From: a bacterium
GTDB taxonomy: Bacteria; JAHJDO01
Direction: 5' to 3'
Length of the DNA: 64,000 nt
NCBI GenBank assembly: GCA_043824255.1
Contig: JBDRTG010000027.1
Coordinates: forward strand, 32,001-96,000
The notes beneath the pieces are model-generated. The model had not been told where the DNA came from. It saw only the letters and a program-made list of their open reading frames with translations, and ran no database searches. Position 1 is the stretch's first letter. Each line of letters starts with the position of its first letter. The position numbers and the translations under genes are program-made. Shown here piece after piece: positions 40,282 to 48,213 of the stretch.

Positions 40282-40690
40282 CTGAGGATTAAGTAGTAAG
40301 GATTAAGAATTAAGTGAAAACGTTTAAAGATTTAAAAGTATGGCAGAAATCTCATGAGCTAACATTAGAAGTTTATCGGATTACAAAGTCTTACCCAAGC
40401 GAAGAAAAATTTGGTCTGGTTTCGCAACTTAGAAGATCTACTAGCTCGATTCCGACTAATTTAGCTGAGGGTTTTAAGAGAAGAAGCCAAAAGGATTTTG
40501 CGCATTTTGTGAATATGGCTGAAGGTTCGTTAGAAGAAACAAAATATACTTTATTCTTATCACACGAGTTAGGTTATTTAGACAAGAATAAATTAGATAG
40601 ACTTAACAAAATAGGAGATGAAGTTGGTAGGATGTTAACAGGTTTATATAAAAAACTTAATTCTTAGAGCGAAGCGGCTTAATCCTTAAC
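40281..40690 (+). mobile_element. Putative mobile cassette: four-helix-bundle gene bounded by TAAGGAT/ATCCTTA heptad inverted repeats (family A, full-length)
   Basis: Left arm GAGGATTAAGTAGTAAGGATTAAGAATTAAGT; right arm ACTTAATTCTTA[GAGCGAAGCGGCTTA]ATCCTTAAC; both ends recur joined together elsewhere in the window. Confidence 0.6.
40314..40667 (+). CDS. Four-helix bundle protein (23S rRNA IVS protein / Avd-like fold)
   Basis: FKDLKVWQKS, YP.EEKFGL.SQLRRS..SIP.N.AEG..R, F...A.GSL.E. Confidence 0.9.
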   Translation: MKTFKDLKVWQKSHELTLEVYRITKSYPSEEKFGLVSQLRRSTSSIPTNLAEGFKRRSQKDFAHFVNMAEGSLEETKYTLFLSHELGYLDKNKLDRLNKIGDEVGRMLTGLYKKLNS

Positions 40691-40698
40691 TCTAGGGT

Positions 40699-40714
40699 TG
40701 GCATAAATGTTGCT
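40699..40714 (+). promoter_or_regulatory. Sigma54 -24/-12 promoter for the pilin genes
   Basis: TGGCAT-AAATG-TTGCT with exact GG-N10-GC spacing, 34 nt upstream of the first pilin ATG and near a GAFTGA activator gene. Confidence 0.8.
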
Positions 40715-40748
40715 TTATAGTAATATAGTGGATGAAAAGGAGGTGGAA

Positions 40749-41096
40749 ATGAAATTCAAAAAAGGTTTTACACTTATTGAGCTTTTGGTTGTAATAGCGA
40801 TTATTACATTGCTTGCCTCAATAGCAGTGCCTAATTATCTCAAACAGCTTGAGAAAACCAAGGTTGGAAAGGCAACGGCAGATATAATGCTTTTGAGAAA
40901 AAGCGTTGACCTATTTAGAGCTAATCATGAAGGAGATTTGCCCGACAGTCTTGCTGTTTTAGTTTCACAGAAGTATTTAAGCAAAGCAGTCCCTGCTGAT
41001 CCATGGGGAGGAAGTTATTCCTATACATCAACAGCCAGCAGCTACACAATAACTGATGGAAGCAGTAAGGGCGTATCAGAGACAATTAATTTTTAG
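40749..41096 (+). CDS. Major pilin/pseudopilin (GspG-like) with short canonical leader
   Basis: SD AAGGAGGT; MKFKKG|FTLIELLVVIAII; DPWG. Confidence 0.88.
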   Translation: MKFKKGFTLIELLVVIAIITLLASIAVPNYLKQLEKTKVGKATADIMLLRKSVDLFRANHEGDLPDSLAVLVSQKYLSKAVPADPWGGSYSYTSTASSYTITDGSSKGVSETINF

Positions 41097-41106
41097 AGGA
41101 GGGGAA

Positions 41107-41613
41107 ATGGAATTTAAAATTAAAAATTCAAAATTAAAAATTGTCCCGAAAGCTTTCGGGACAGGCTGCCGTGGGTTCACGCTTATTGAGCTTTTGGTCG
41201 TAATTGGCATCATTGTGCTTCTTGCAGGTATTGTAATGCCGAATTTTATGAAACAGATTGATAAGGCGAAGAAAACACGCGGAAGAGCCGATATTCACAG
41301 CCTTGAGAACGCTTTGGCAATGTATCAGACGGATTATGGAGTGTATCCAGGTGAAACAGGTGGTAATGCTGATGGGGCTTATCCTAGTCTTGAGGGGAAG
41401 CTACAATATGCAGGGACTGAGGGAAAGGGTCCCTATCTTTCAAAGGATATTCCAAAGGATCCATATGGAACTAGCTACTATTACAAATATCCCGGTGCAA
41501 CATCAGGAAAAAATCCACTTGGCATCCGAGGTTATGATCTCTGGTCGTACGGAAAAGATAAGGCTCCCGATACTACCGATGATATAGCGTGTTGGGATAC
41601 GGAGACAAACTAG
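41107..41613 (+). CDS. GspG-like pseudopilin with repeat-derived leader
   Basis: RG|FTLIELLVVIGII, GPYL..IPKDPYG..Y.Y, YDLWSYGKD, DDI; SD GAGGAGG before ATG 41107. Confidence 0.88.
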   Translation: MEFKIKNSKLKIVPKAFGTGCRGFTLIELLVVIGIIVLLAGIVMPNFMKQIDKAKKTRGRADIHSLENALAMYQTDYGVYPGETGGNADGAYPSLEGKLQYAGTEGKGPYLSKDIPKDPYGTSYYYKYPGATSGKNPLGIRGYDLWSYGKDKAPDTTDDIACWDTETN

Positions 41614-41615
41614 AA

Positions 41616-42245
41616 ATGAAAATTTCTAATTTTCAATTTCAAATTATTAATTCACTAAAAATTAAAAATTCAAAATTAAGAATTGTCCCGAAGGCTTTCG
41701 GGGCAGGGTTCACAGCAGTGGAATTAATGATAGTGCTTGCAATCATGGGTATTATGCTTGTTGCAGCAATACCATCCTTTGTTCAGTTCACAAGAAATTC
41801 CAGAATAAAGAGCGGAGCACAGACCGTTGTTTCAGCTCTTAGAACTGCGCGCAGTCATGCGATAAAGAGAAGAAAAAATTGTGCAGTTCTTTTTAATATG
41901 GATATAAATAACAGCGGATATGCGGTAAAGATTTACTGGGATCCTGATGAAAGTCACGCTGCACACTACCGTGACGGAGGTTCTGTAACTAACTGGAAAG
42001 CTCTTCCTAAAACGATAATTATGACAACAGAAAGCGCTTTGACTACATCTCCTGATATTCCCTTTCCTAATGATGCAGATACCAGCAATCCAAAAAGCAT
42101 AGAAAGAATTGTTTTTAAGCCAACAGGTGGAGCGTCTGGAAACGAGACAATTCAGGTTAGTGATGACGATAAAACAAATCCTGACACATCCTATATTGCA
42201 ATACAAATGATTACAGGCAGGATAAAAACGAGCAGAACACCGTGA
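41616..42245 (+). CDS. FimT/GspH-like minor pilin with repeat-derived leader
   Basis: AG|FTAVELMIVLAI, LRTARSHAI, IVFKPTG, ITGRIK. Confidence 0.85.
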   Translation: MKISNFQFQIINSLKIKNSKLRIVPKAFGAGFTAVELMIVLAIMGIMLVAAIPSFVQFTRNSRIKSGAQTVVSALRTARSHAIKRRKNCAVLFNMDINNSGYAVKIYWDPDESHAAHYRDGGSVTNWKALPKTIIMTTESALTTSPDIPFPNDADTSNPKSIERIVFKPTGGASGNETIQVSDDDKTNPDTSYIAIQMITGRIKTSRTP

Positions 42246-42250
42246 GTGAA

Positions 42251-42502
42251 ATGGCAATTATTAATCAAGGCTTTAATGTTTTAATTTCTAATTGTAAATT
42301 GAGAAAGGCACAAAGTGGTTTTTTTGTCATTCCACGACTTGATCGGGGAATCCAGTATTCTTCTGGATCTTCCTGTCAAGCAGGAAGATGACAGGTGACG
42401 AGTGATGAGTAAAATGGAAAAAATAATTAAGAACTTAGGAATTAGTAATTCATTCAAAATTAAAAATTCAAAATTAAAAATTGCTCCGATGTTCATCGGA
42501 GC
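42251..42502 (+). repeat. Composite insert: family B arms enclosing a GTCATT..ATGAC palindromic element (42325-42393), followed by a CCGA/TCGG mini-hairpin
   Basis: Left arm ATGGCAATTATTAATCAAGGCTTTAATGTTTTAATTTCTAA; right arm AATTAGTAATTCATTCAAAATTAAAAATTCAAAATTAAAAATT; hairpin GCTCCGATG-TT-CATCGGAGC. Confidence 0.75.
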
Positions 42503-42863
42503 TTTCAGTCTTCTTGAACTTGTTATTTCAATGGCTATTCTGTCCATTGCTCTTCTTGGACTTATTCAAATGTTCCCTGTAGGCCTCAGGGCAAGCAAGC
42601 ATGCAGGAGATCATACAATGATGACATTTCTCGGTCAGCAGAAAATGAGTGATATTGAGCAGGAAAAACCGGAAACTTCCACAACAAGTAACACGTTTTT
42701 CTCTGTTCCCGGTGCTGATCCTGATTATTCTTCGTTCTCATGGATACAAACAGTTACTCAGGATTCAACACTCACAAACCTGTATCATGCGTCTATATTG
42801 ATTTACTGCAATGATAGAGGAGATACCAGAATTGAGGAATTTGTAACGCTTTATGTTAAGTAG
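42405..42863 (+). CDS. PilV/GspI-like minor pilin with repeat-derived leader
   Basis: GA|FSLLELVISMAILSIALLGL..F; start 42405 or 42414. Confidence 0.82.
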   Translation: MSKMEKIIKNLGISNSFKIKNSKLKIAPMFIGAFSLLELVISMAILSIALLGLIQMFPVGLRASKHAGDHTMMTFLGQQKMSDIEQEKPETSTTSNTFFSVPGADPDYSSFSWIQTVTQDSTLTNLYHASILIYCNDRGDTRIEEFVTLYVK

Positions 42864-42864
42864 A

Positions 42865-43101
42865 ATGGCAATTATTAATTTTCAATTTAAAATTATTAAT
42901 CAAGTCTTTAATGCTTTAATTTCTAACAGTAAACAACGTGTCATTGCGAGGAGCAAAGCGACGTGGCAATCTAAAGTGGCGAGATTGCTTCACTTCGTTC
43001 GCAATGACTGTGAGGAGTAATGAGTGAAATGAGGAAAATGTTCAAACAACAAGGGGTTGAAACCCCTTGTTCAAGGATTTCGGATTTCGGATTTCGGATT
43101 T
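42865..43101 (+). repeat. Composite insert: family B left arm, GTCATTGCGAG..CGCAATGAC palindromic element (42940-43008), AACAAGGGG/CCCCTTGTT hairpin and (CGGATTT)x3
   Basis: Each module is read directly from the sequence. Confidence 0.75.
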
Positions 43102-43760
43102 GTTCCACTCGTGCTTTCACCCTGATCGAAATCATGATCACAACAGCGGTTCTGGCTCTACTGATAACAGGCATTTATTCTATTTTTAAAGGCGGTACTG
43201 ATTCATGGACAAAGGGTAATGTAAGGATGGAGCGGTATCAGAACGCAAGAGCAATTCTGGAAATGATGTCAAGAGAGATCTCCTGCGCAATGGTCAACGA
43301 GGCGAGAAAGATATATATGCTTGGGATAAATGATGATGGGTTTCAGACTGACAGTACCAGAGATGAGTTGTTTTTTGTCGCTCCTATATATCCAACGTCA
43401 AGTCTGACAAATACACAATCTGATATGTGTGAAATAGGATACTGGATAAGAGGAGATACCGAAATTATGCGTCATTATGCAGTTGGCACCAGTAATAGCA
43501 TTGATTTTGTTTATGATACAGGTTCAAGCGATTCACTTGGTGTAAGGGCGGTAGATCTTCAGTTTTATTATTACTATGACGATTGTGGTGAAGCGGATTC
43601 TCAGGTGAACTGGGATTCTCTCGAGGATCAATATCCAAGTGATGGCTATGCTGACGGCTTACCAAAGAAAATAAAGATAGTTCTCAAAACCCGTGACGAA
43701 GAGGCGAGAGAAGATACTCAGACATTTGAGACCACTGTGTTTATGCCGGGAGCAGAATAG
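43020..43760 (+). CDS. PilW/GspJ-like minor pilin with repeat-derived leader
   Basis: RA|FTLIEIMITTAVLAL, QNAR..LE.M.REI, LPKKIKI.L. Confidence 0.85.
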   Translation: MSEMRKMFKQQGVETPCSRISDFGFRICSTRAFTLIEIMITTAVLALLITGIYSIFKGGTDSWTKGNVRMERYQNARAILEMMSREISCAMVNEARKIYMLGINDDGFQTDSTRDELFFVAPIYPTSSLTNTQSDMCEIGYWIRGDTEIMRHYAVGTSNSIDFVYDTGSSDSLGVRAVDLQFYYYYDDCGEADSQVNWDSLEDQYPSDGYADGLPKKIKIVLKTRDEEAREDTQTFETTVFMPGAE

Positions 43761-43761
43761 A

Positions 43762-43952
43762 ATGGCAATTATTAATCAAGTCTTTAATGCTTTAATTTCT
43801 AAGAATTTAACACTCTCCCTTCTCTTGGGAAGAGATAGAAAATGGAAGCAATGAACAAAATGAAAAAGATAGTTAAAAATTTAGAAATTAGTAATTCATT
43901 CAAAATTGAAAATTCAAAATTAAGAATTATTTTCGGAAGACGTTCCGAAAAT
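43762..43952 (+). repeat. Composite insert: family B arms enclosing a short hairpin, followed by an ATTTTCGGAA/TTCCGAAAAT hairpin
   Basis: Left arm nearly identical to those at 42251 and 42865; right arm AATTTAGAAATTAGTAATTCATTCAAAATTGAAAATTCAAAATTAAGAATT. Confidence 0.75.
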
Positions 43953-46946
43953 GGCATTGCTTTAATCATCGTTGTATCCATTATGGCTGTTCTTGCCTCT
44001 ATTGCGGCTGCTTTTTCATACAGTATGATAATGGACCAGCGCGCAGCAGCCAATTATATGACTGGAATAAAAGCGGACTATGTTGCAAGAGCAGGCATTC
44101 AGCACGCTATCGGTGTTCTGAAAAAGGATGGGGATCCATCTAATACTACAGGTTATGCTTACGAAGGATATGATTGGTACGAGGATGATTGGGGATATGA
44201 TTCTACGCTTTTTGGCGCTAACGATAACACATTAAACTCAGATTCATGTATAAGTAACGATGATAATGTGGTTTCAACAAATGCGCCAGCTGCAGTTACT
44301 GGAGCGGATTCCCGCTGGATAAATCTAACAGATTCGCAGGGAAGCCTGATTGGCAGATACGCTGTTCTGGTTATTGACGAGTCAGGCAAGATAAACATAA
44401 ATACAGCGCGCTATGGTTCTTCTGGACATGAGGGATGGACAACAGGTGAGATAGATATTGAGCCGGTTTGCACTCTTGCTAGTCCTGATCTTACTTCATC
44501 GGAAGCGAGAGCAATTACAAATGTGCGCTATGGAACAGATGGATGCGCAGGGATTTCGGGTTATGATGACAATGCAGACAGCGTTGTTCTTAATAACGAC
44601 GGGATAGATAATGATGGAGACGATGATCCTGCTGGAACTGATGGGGCTGACGAAGGAGATGAGGGAGTGGACGATTCCGCAGAGTTTTATATTGCCAGTC
44701 CTTATACTGATTCCAATGATCTCAGCACTGATACGTCTTATCTGACTCCGGCTGAGGTTGTTTCACTTGCGGACGTAACAGGCGCTGAATACGCTAAGTT
44801 TGATTCCTACATCACAACCTTTTCCTCTGACAAAAACCTCACGGATTCAGGGCTGGCGCGGCTGAATATCAACGCGGTAAGCTCTGCAATGGAATTGTAT
44901 TCAACTCTAAGGGATGCCTTTGATTATTGGGGAACTTCTGCTACAACAGCAGAACTTGCGCAGATGGCAGTTAACATAATTGACTACAGGGATCGCGATC
45001 ATGGCTCAACACGAATTGATATTGAAGATGGCAGTAGTACTGTGTTTACCCGATACGGCGTTGAAGGCATAAGAATAAATGAGGTTATGGTAAGGCCTGT
45101 GTTCAGGAAGGATGGTGGTGATGCTGGAGAGGAAACAACCACTGTTGGATGGACAAAGGCAGGGGATACTTGGACAAGTTCAGCTGTTGATGACAGTGGT
45201 ATATGGTCTTGGAGTAGTATTCCTGATGGCACATATAAAGTAAAAATTTACGGTTCAGGAAATGTGGATTACTGGATATATCCTAAAGTTAGCGATTCAT
45301 GGTCAGTTATACATACAGAAAATCTATCTGATACCTCAACGGCAGACACAGTAATAATATCTGGGGGAGTAGGTGTATTTATGCTCAATGTTCAAGCTAA
45401 TAATAATGATGACACATGGTATCGCGTTGATCTCTCCCAATCCCCTGACTGCGAATATGTTGAGCTTGTAAATATTTCGCCAAATGCAGTTATAATGTAC
45501 GGCTGGCATCTGGAGTTTCCGAACGGTCAGGTAGGGACTATCCCGAGCGGGACAAGAATTGCTGCAATGGGAGACAGTAGTGGTGAAGATACAATAGTTC
45601 TTGCAATAGACATGGCTGATTCAACGGTTGATAATGGTTCTGAGGTATATAATAACGGTATCTATTTTACAAATACATATACCAGCGCAAATTCAGCTAA
45701 TGTTTATCAGCTTGGTTTTACGAATGATGTTCAGGATGATATTCTTTGCGATACGGTTTTAGTGGACAGTCCTTTGCGGCTTTACGACGGACCCATCGCG
45801 CCGACATCAGGTAATCCTGCGGGACATATTGTTGATCAGGTCCTATATGACAGCCTGATAATACAGAATAATGATTTTGTCTCTATGGAAAGAAACGACC
45901 CGGCTTATTTGGGAACAGATGTATTGAACGATTCCGGAATTTTTGACACATGGCTTGTATCCACAGCAAGTCCGCCGGCTTCTCTTGCAAGCGCTGGAAC
46001 TCCAACGTCTGCAAACAACAACTATTCTCCAACGAATTCTATTAAGGTTAAAAACTCTCCTTTCGCAAACATAGGAGAGATTGCGGATGTATCCTACAGC
46101 AAAACTGCATGGACTAATATTGGGGATACTGAGGCAAGAATAAAGAATATTGCGGACAGGATCACTGTTTCAGGCAGACGGCTTGACGCGGAGTTTGCGG
46201 ACTATACGCCTGGCGCTAGCGCTGATTGGACTTTAGAGAGTCTCTTAGGTGATGATGAGGAGACAAAACGCAAATATGGGGGAAGAGAGCTTAATGATGC
46301 AACTGATGAACTCTACTGGTTTAGGGCAAATAGCGGGGGAGGAGTAACTAATGAGGATACTTGGACATGGTACACTACAATAGACAGATTTGAAGCGGAT
46401 ACCTATATTATGTATGTTTACGGCAGAGAGGGTGGAGCAATGAGGGTGAGGGTTGGGAATGACACTGCGATTATTATTCCAAGCTCAGACTATGGCGCGC
46501 GGTTCGGCCAGGTTGTAATAGAAGATACCACTCTAAACGTTGCTGTTTCCCCTGAGGATTCAGATTCAGACTCAACATACTTTGATTATATTCTTCTTAC
46601 ACCGGCTTCAAGGACTTATGGCAGATTGAATATAAATACAGCCTCTGTTCCTGTGCTTGATGGACTAAAAAACATAGGTGCATCCACAGCACAGGATATT
46701 GTTAACTATAGAAATACCTTGACTCCTAAAGCATTTAAGTCTATTGGTGAAATCCTTGATGTAACTGGGTCTGGTATTGGTATTGCAACGTTCAAACCTA
46801 TTTCCAATCTCATTACAACAAAATCCAATGTATTCAAGATAATCTGTACAGGTCAGTCAATTCTGGATAAGAATGATAACAAGGTTTTTGATACTGACGA
46901 CGAGGTGCTCGGAGAGAGGAAGATTACTGTTATTTATGAAAGATAA
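43842..46946 (+). CDS. Large GspK/PilX-like minor pilin with acidic Ca-binding-like repeats, lamin-tail-like domain and HhH motifs
   Basis: NG|IALIIVV (no E5, as in GspK), DESGKININTA, DGIDNDGD, RINEVM, EYVELVN, GRLNINTAS..L.GL..IG...A..IV.YR. Confidence 0.8.
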   Translation: MEAMNKMKKIVKNLEISNSFKIENSKLRIIFGRRSENGIALIIVVSIMAVLASIAAAFSYSMIMDQRAAANYMTGIKADYVARAGIQHAIGVLKKDGDPSNTTGYAYEGYDWYEDDWGYDSTLFGANDNTLNSDSCISNDDNVVSTNAPAAVTGADSRWINLTDSQGSLIGRYAVLVIDESGKININTARYGSSGHEGWTTGEIDIEPVCTLASPDLTSSEARAITNVRYGTDGCAGISGYDDNADSVVLNNDGIDNDGDDDPAGTDGADEGDEGVDDSAEFYIASPYTDSNDLSTDTSYLTPAEVVSLADVTGAEYAKFDSYITTFSSDKNLTDSGLARLNINAVSSAMELYSTLRDAFDYWGTSATTAELAQMAVNIIDYRDRDHGSTRIDIEDGSSTVFTRYGVEGIRINEVMVRPVFRKDGGDAGEETTTVGWTKAGDTWTSSAVDDSGIWSWSSIPDGTYKVKIYGSGNVDYWIYPKVSDSWSVIHTENLSDTSTADTVIISGGVGVFMLNVQANNNDDTWYRVDLSQSPDCEYVELVNISPNAVIMYGWHLEFPNGQVGTIPSGTRIAAMGDSSGEDTIVLAIDMADSTVDNGSEVYNNGIYFTNTYTSANSANVYQLGFTNDVQDDILCDTVLVDSPLRLYDGPIAPTSGNPAGHIVDQVLYDSLIIQNNDFVSMERNDPAYLGTDVLNDSGIFDTWLVSTASPPASLASAGTPTSANNNYSPTNSIKVKNSPFANIGEIADVSYSKTAWTNIGDTEARIKNIADRITVSGRRLDAEFADYTPGASADWTLESLLGDDEETKRKYGGRELNDATDELYWFRANSGGGVTNEDTWTWYTTIDRFEADTYIMYVYGREGGAMRVRVGNDTAIIIPSSDYGARFGQVVIEDTTLNVAVSPEDSDSDSTYFDYILLTPASRTYGRLNINTASVPVLDGLKNIGASTAQDIVNYRNTLTPKAFKSIGEILDVTGSGIGIATFKPISNLITTKSNVFKIICTGQSILDKNDNKVFDTDDEVLGERKITVIYER

Positions 46947-46958
46947 AAAGATAGAAGC

Positions 46959-47049
46959 AGGATTAAGGATTAAGACGCTTCGCTCTAAGGATTAAGTTTG
47001 TAGTATGTGGATGTTTTTACTTAATTCTTAATCCTTATGACTTAATACT
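46959..47049 (-). mobile_element. MITE-like internally deleted copy of the four-helix-bundle cassette (family A)
   Basis: Its reverse complement reproduces both termini of 40281-40690 joined by about 12 nt. Confidence 0.75.
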
Positions 47050-47076
47050 AAAAATTCGGATTTTGTTTGGTAAAAT

Positions 47077-48166
47077 ATGGAGCATCTAAAACAGAGATTG
47101 GATATATTGAGAAAGAATTTGGATCACGCAAAGGTGTATCTTTGACTACCCCAAGAAACAGGAAGAAATAAAGCAGTTAGAAGAAGAGACTTCAAAGCCG
47201 GGCTTCTGGTCAGATAACAAAAAAGCCGCCGGAATTATAAAACAGATCAAAATCTTAAAAGGTATTATCACGCCTCTTGATACCCTCATTAGAGAAACAG
47301 ATAACGCTTTAGAACTTGTTGAGCTCGCCTTATCAGAGAAGGATAACTCAATCTCTTCTGAGATTACCGAGGAACTTGAGAAACTGGAGAAAGAGTATAA
47401 GAAATTTGAAGTAACTTTGACTTTAAGCGGTAAGTATGACGGAAATAACGCTATTATGACTCTTCATTCAGGCGCAGGAGGGACGGAAGCGTGCGACTGG
47501 GTGGAGATGATGCTAAAGGTGTATATCAAGTGGGCGGAAAGAAGAGGTTTTAAAACAGAGATTGCGGACATTCTGGCAGGTGAAGAAGCAGGTATAAAAA
47601 ATGTGACAATTATGATTAAAGGTGATTACGCATATGGCTATCTGCGTTCAGAAATAGGTGTGCACAGGCTTGTAAGAATATCTCCATTCGATGCGAACAA
47701 AAGAAGACATACCTCATTCTGTTCAGTTGATGTAATTGCAGAGGTGGAAGACGAAATTGATGTTGATATTAAGGAAGACGATCTAAGAATTGATACTTAC
47801 CGTGCAAGCGGTCATGGAGGACAGCATATCAATACCACTGACTCTGCTGTGCGTATCACGCATCTGCCTACAGGCATAGTCACCCAATGCCAGAATGAAC
47901 GCTCTCAGCTTAAAAACAAGTTGACTGCAATGAAGGTCTTAAGAGCGCGGCTAGTTGAATACCACATGCGAAAGAAGGAAGAAGAAATGCAAGAATACAA
48001 TAAAGATAAGAAGAAGATAGAATGGGGTTCTCAGATTCGTTCGTATGTATTTCAGCCGTATACGCTTGTTAAGGATCACAGGACAGGCGCTGAAGCAGGA
48101 AATGTCCAGGCAGTTATGGATGGAAATATTGATAAATTTATAGAAGCATTTTTAAAGATAAAATAA
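47077..48166 (+). CDS. prfB: Peptide chain release factor 2, with programmed +1 frameshift
   Basis: 22 codons from ATG 47077 end in AAGGTG-TAT-CTT-TGA-C (47131-47146); the +1 frame from GAC 47144 is continuous with track ORF 47417..48166 (SPF and GGQ motifs); about 362 aa. Confidence 0.95.
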
Positions 48167-48179
48167 TCTCCCTTTTCTA

Positions 48180-48208
48180 TTGCACACCTATATGGTGTAT
48201 GCTAGACT
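48180..48208 (+). promoter_or_regulatory. Possible sigma70 promoter for the FHA-dapA operon
   Basis: TTGCAC, 17-nt spacer ending TGC (extended -10), TAGACT. Confidence 0.45.
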
Positions 48209-48213
48209 TTATT

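Noticed and set aside
40281..40690. 23S rRNA intervening sequence
   Set aside because: The protein family is named after IVS elements, but there is no rRNA sequence here.
40707..40748. Longer start for the first pilin (track 40707)
   Set aside because: That ATG lies within the sigma54 promoter; a strong SD (AAGGAGGT) supports ATG 40749.
41107..43952. CRISPR array suggested by recurring repeats with variable interiors
   Set aside because: Repeats are degenerate AT-rich heptads separated by whole genes, not constant repeats with 30-40 nt spacers; no cas genes.
40314..46946. Diversity-generating retroelement (Avd-like gene next to pilin genes)
   Set aside because: No reverse transcriptase ORF and no TR/VR pair differing at adenines was seen in the window.
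46947..47076. Bridge ORF across the gspK-prfB insert (also tested at 37737-37796 and 26111-26173)
   Set aside because: Only very short frames that do not link the upstream stop to the downstream start, so the bridging pattern is not universal.
47077..47416. Truncated or pseudogenised prfB
   Set aside because: The canonical CTT-TGA-C +1 programmed frameshift restores a full-length RF2.
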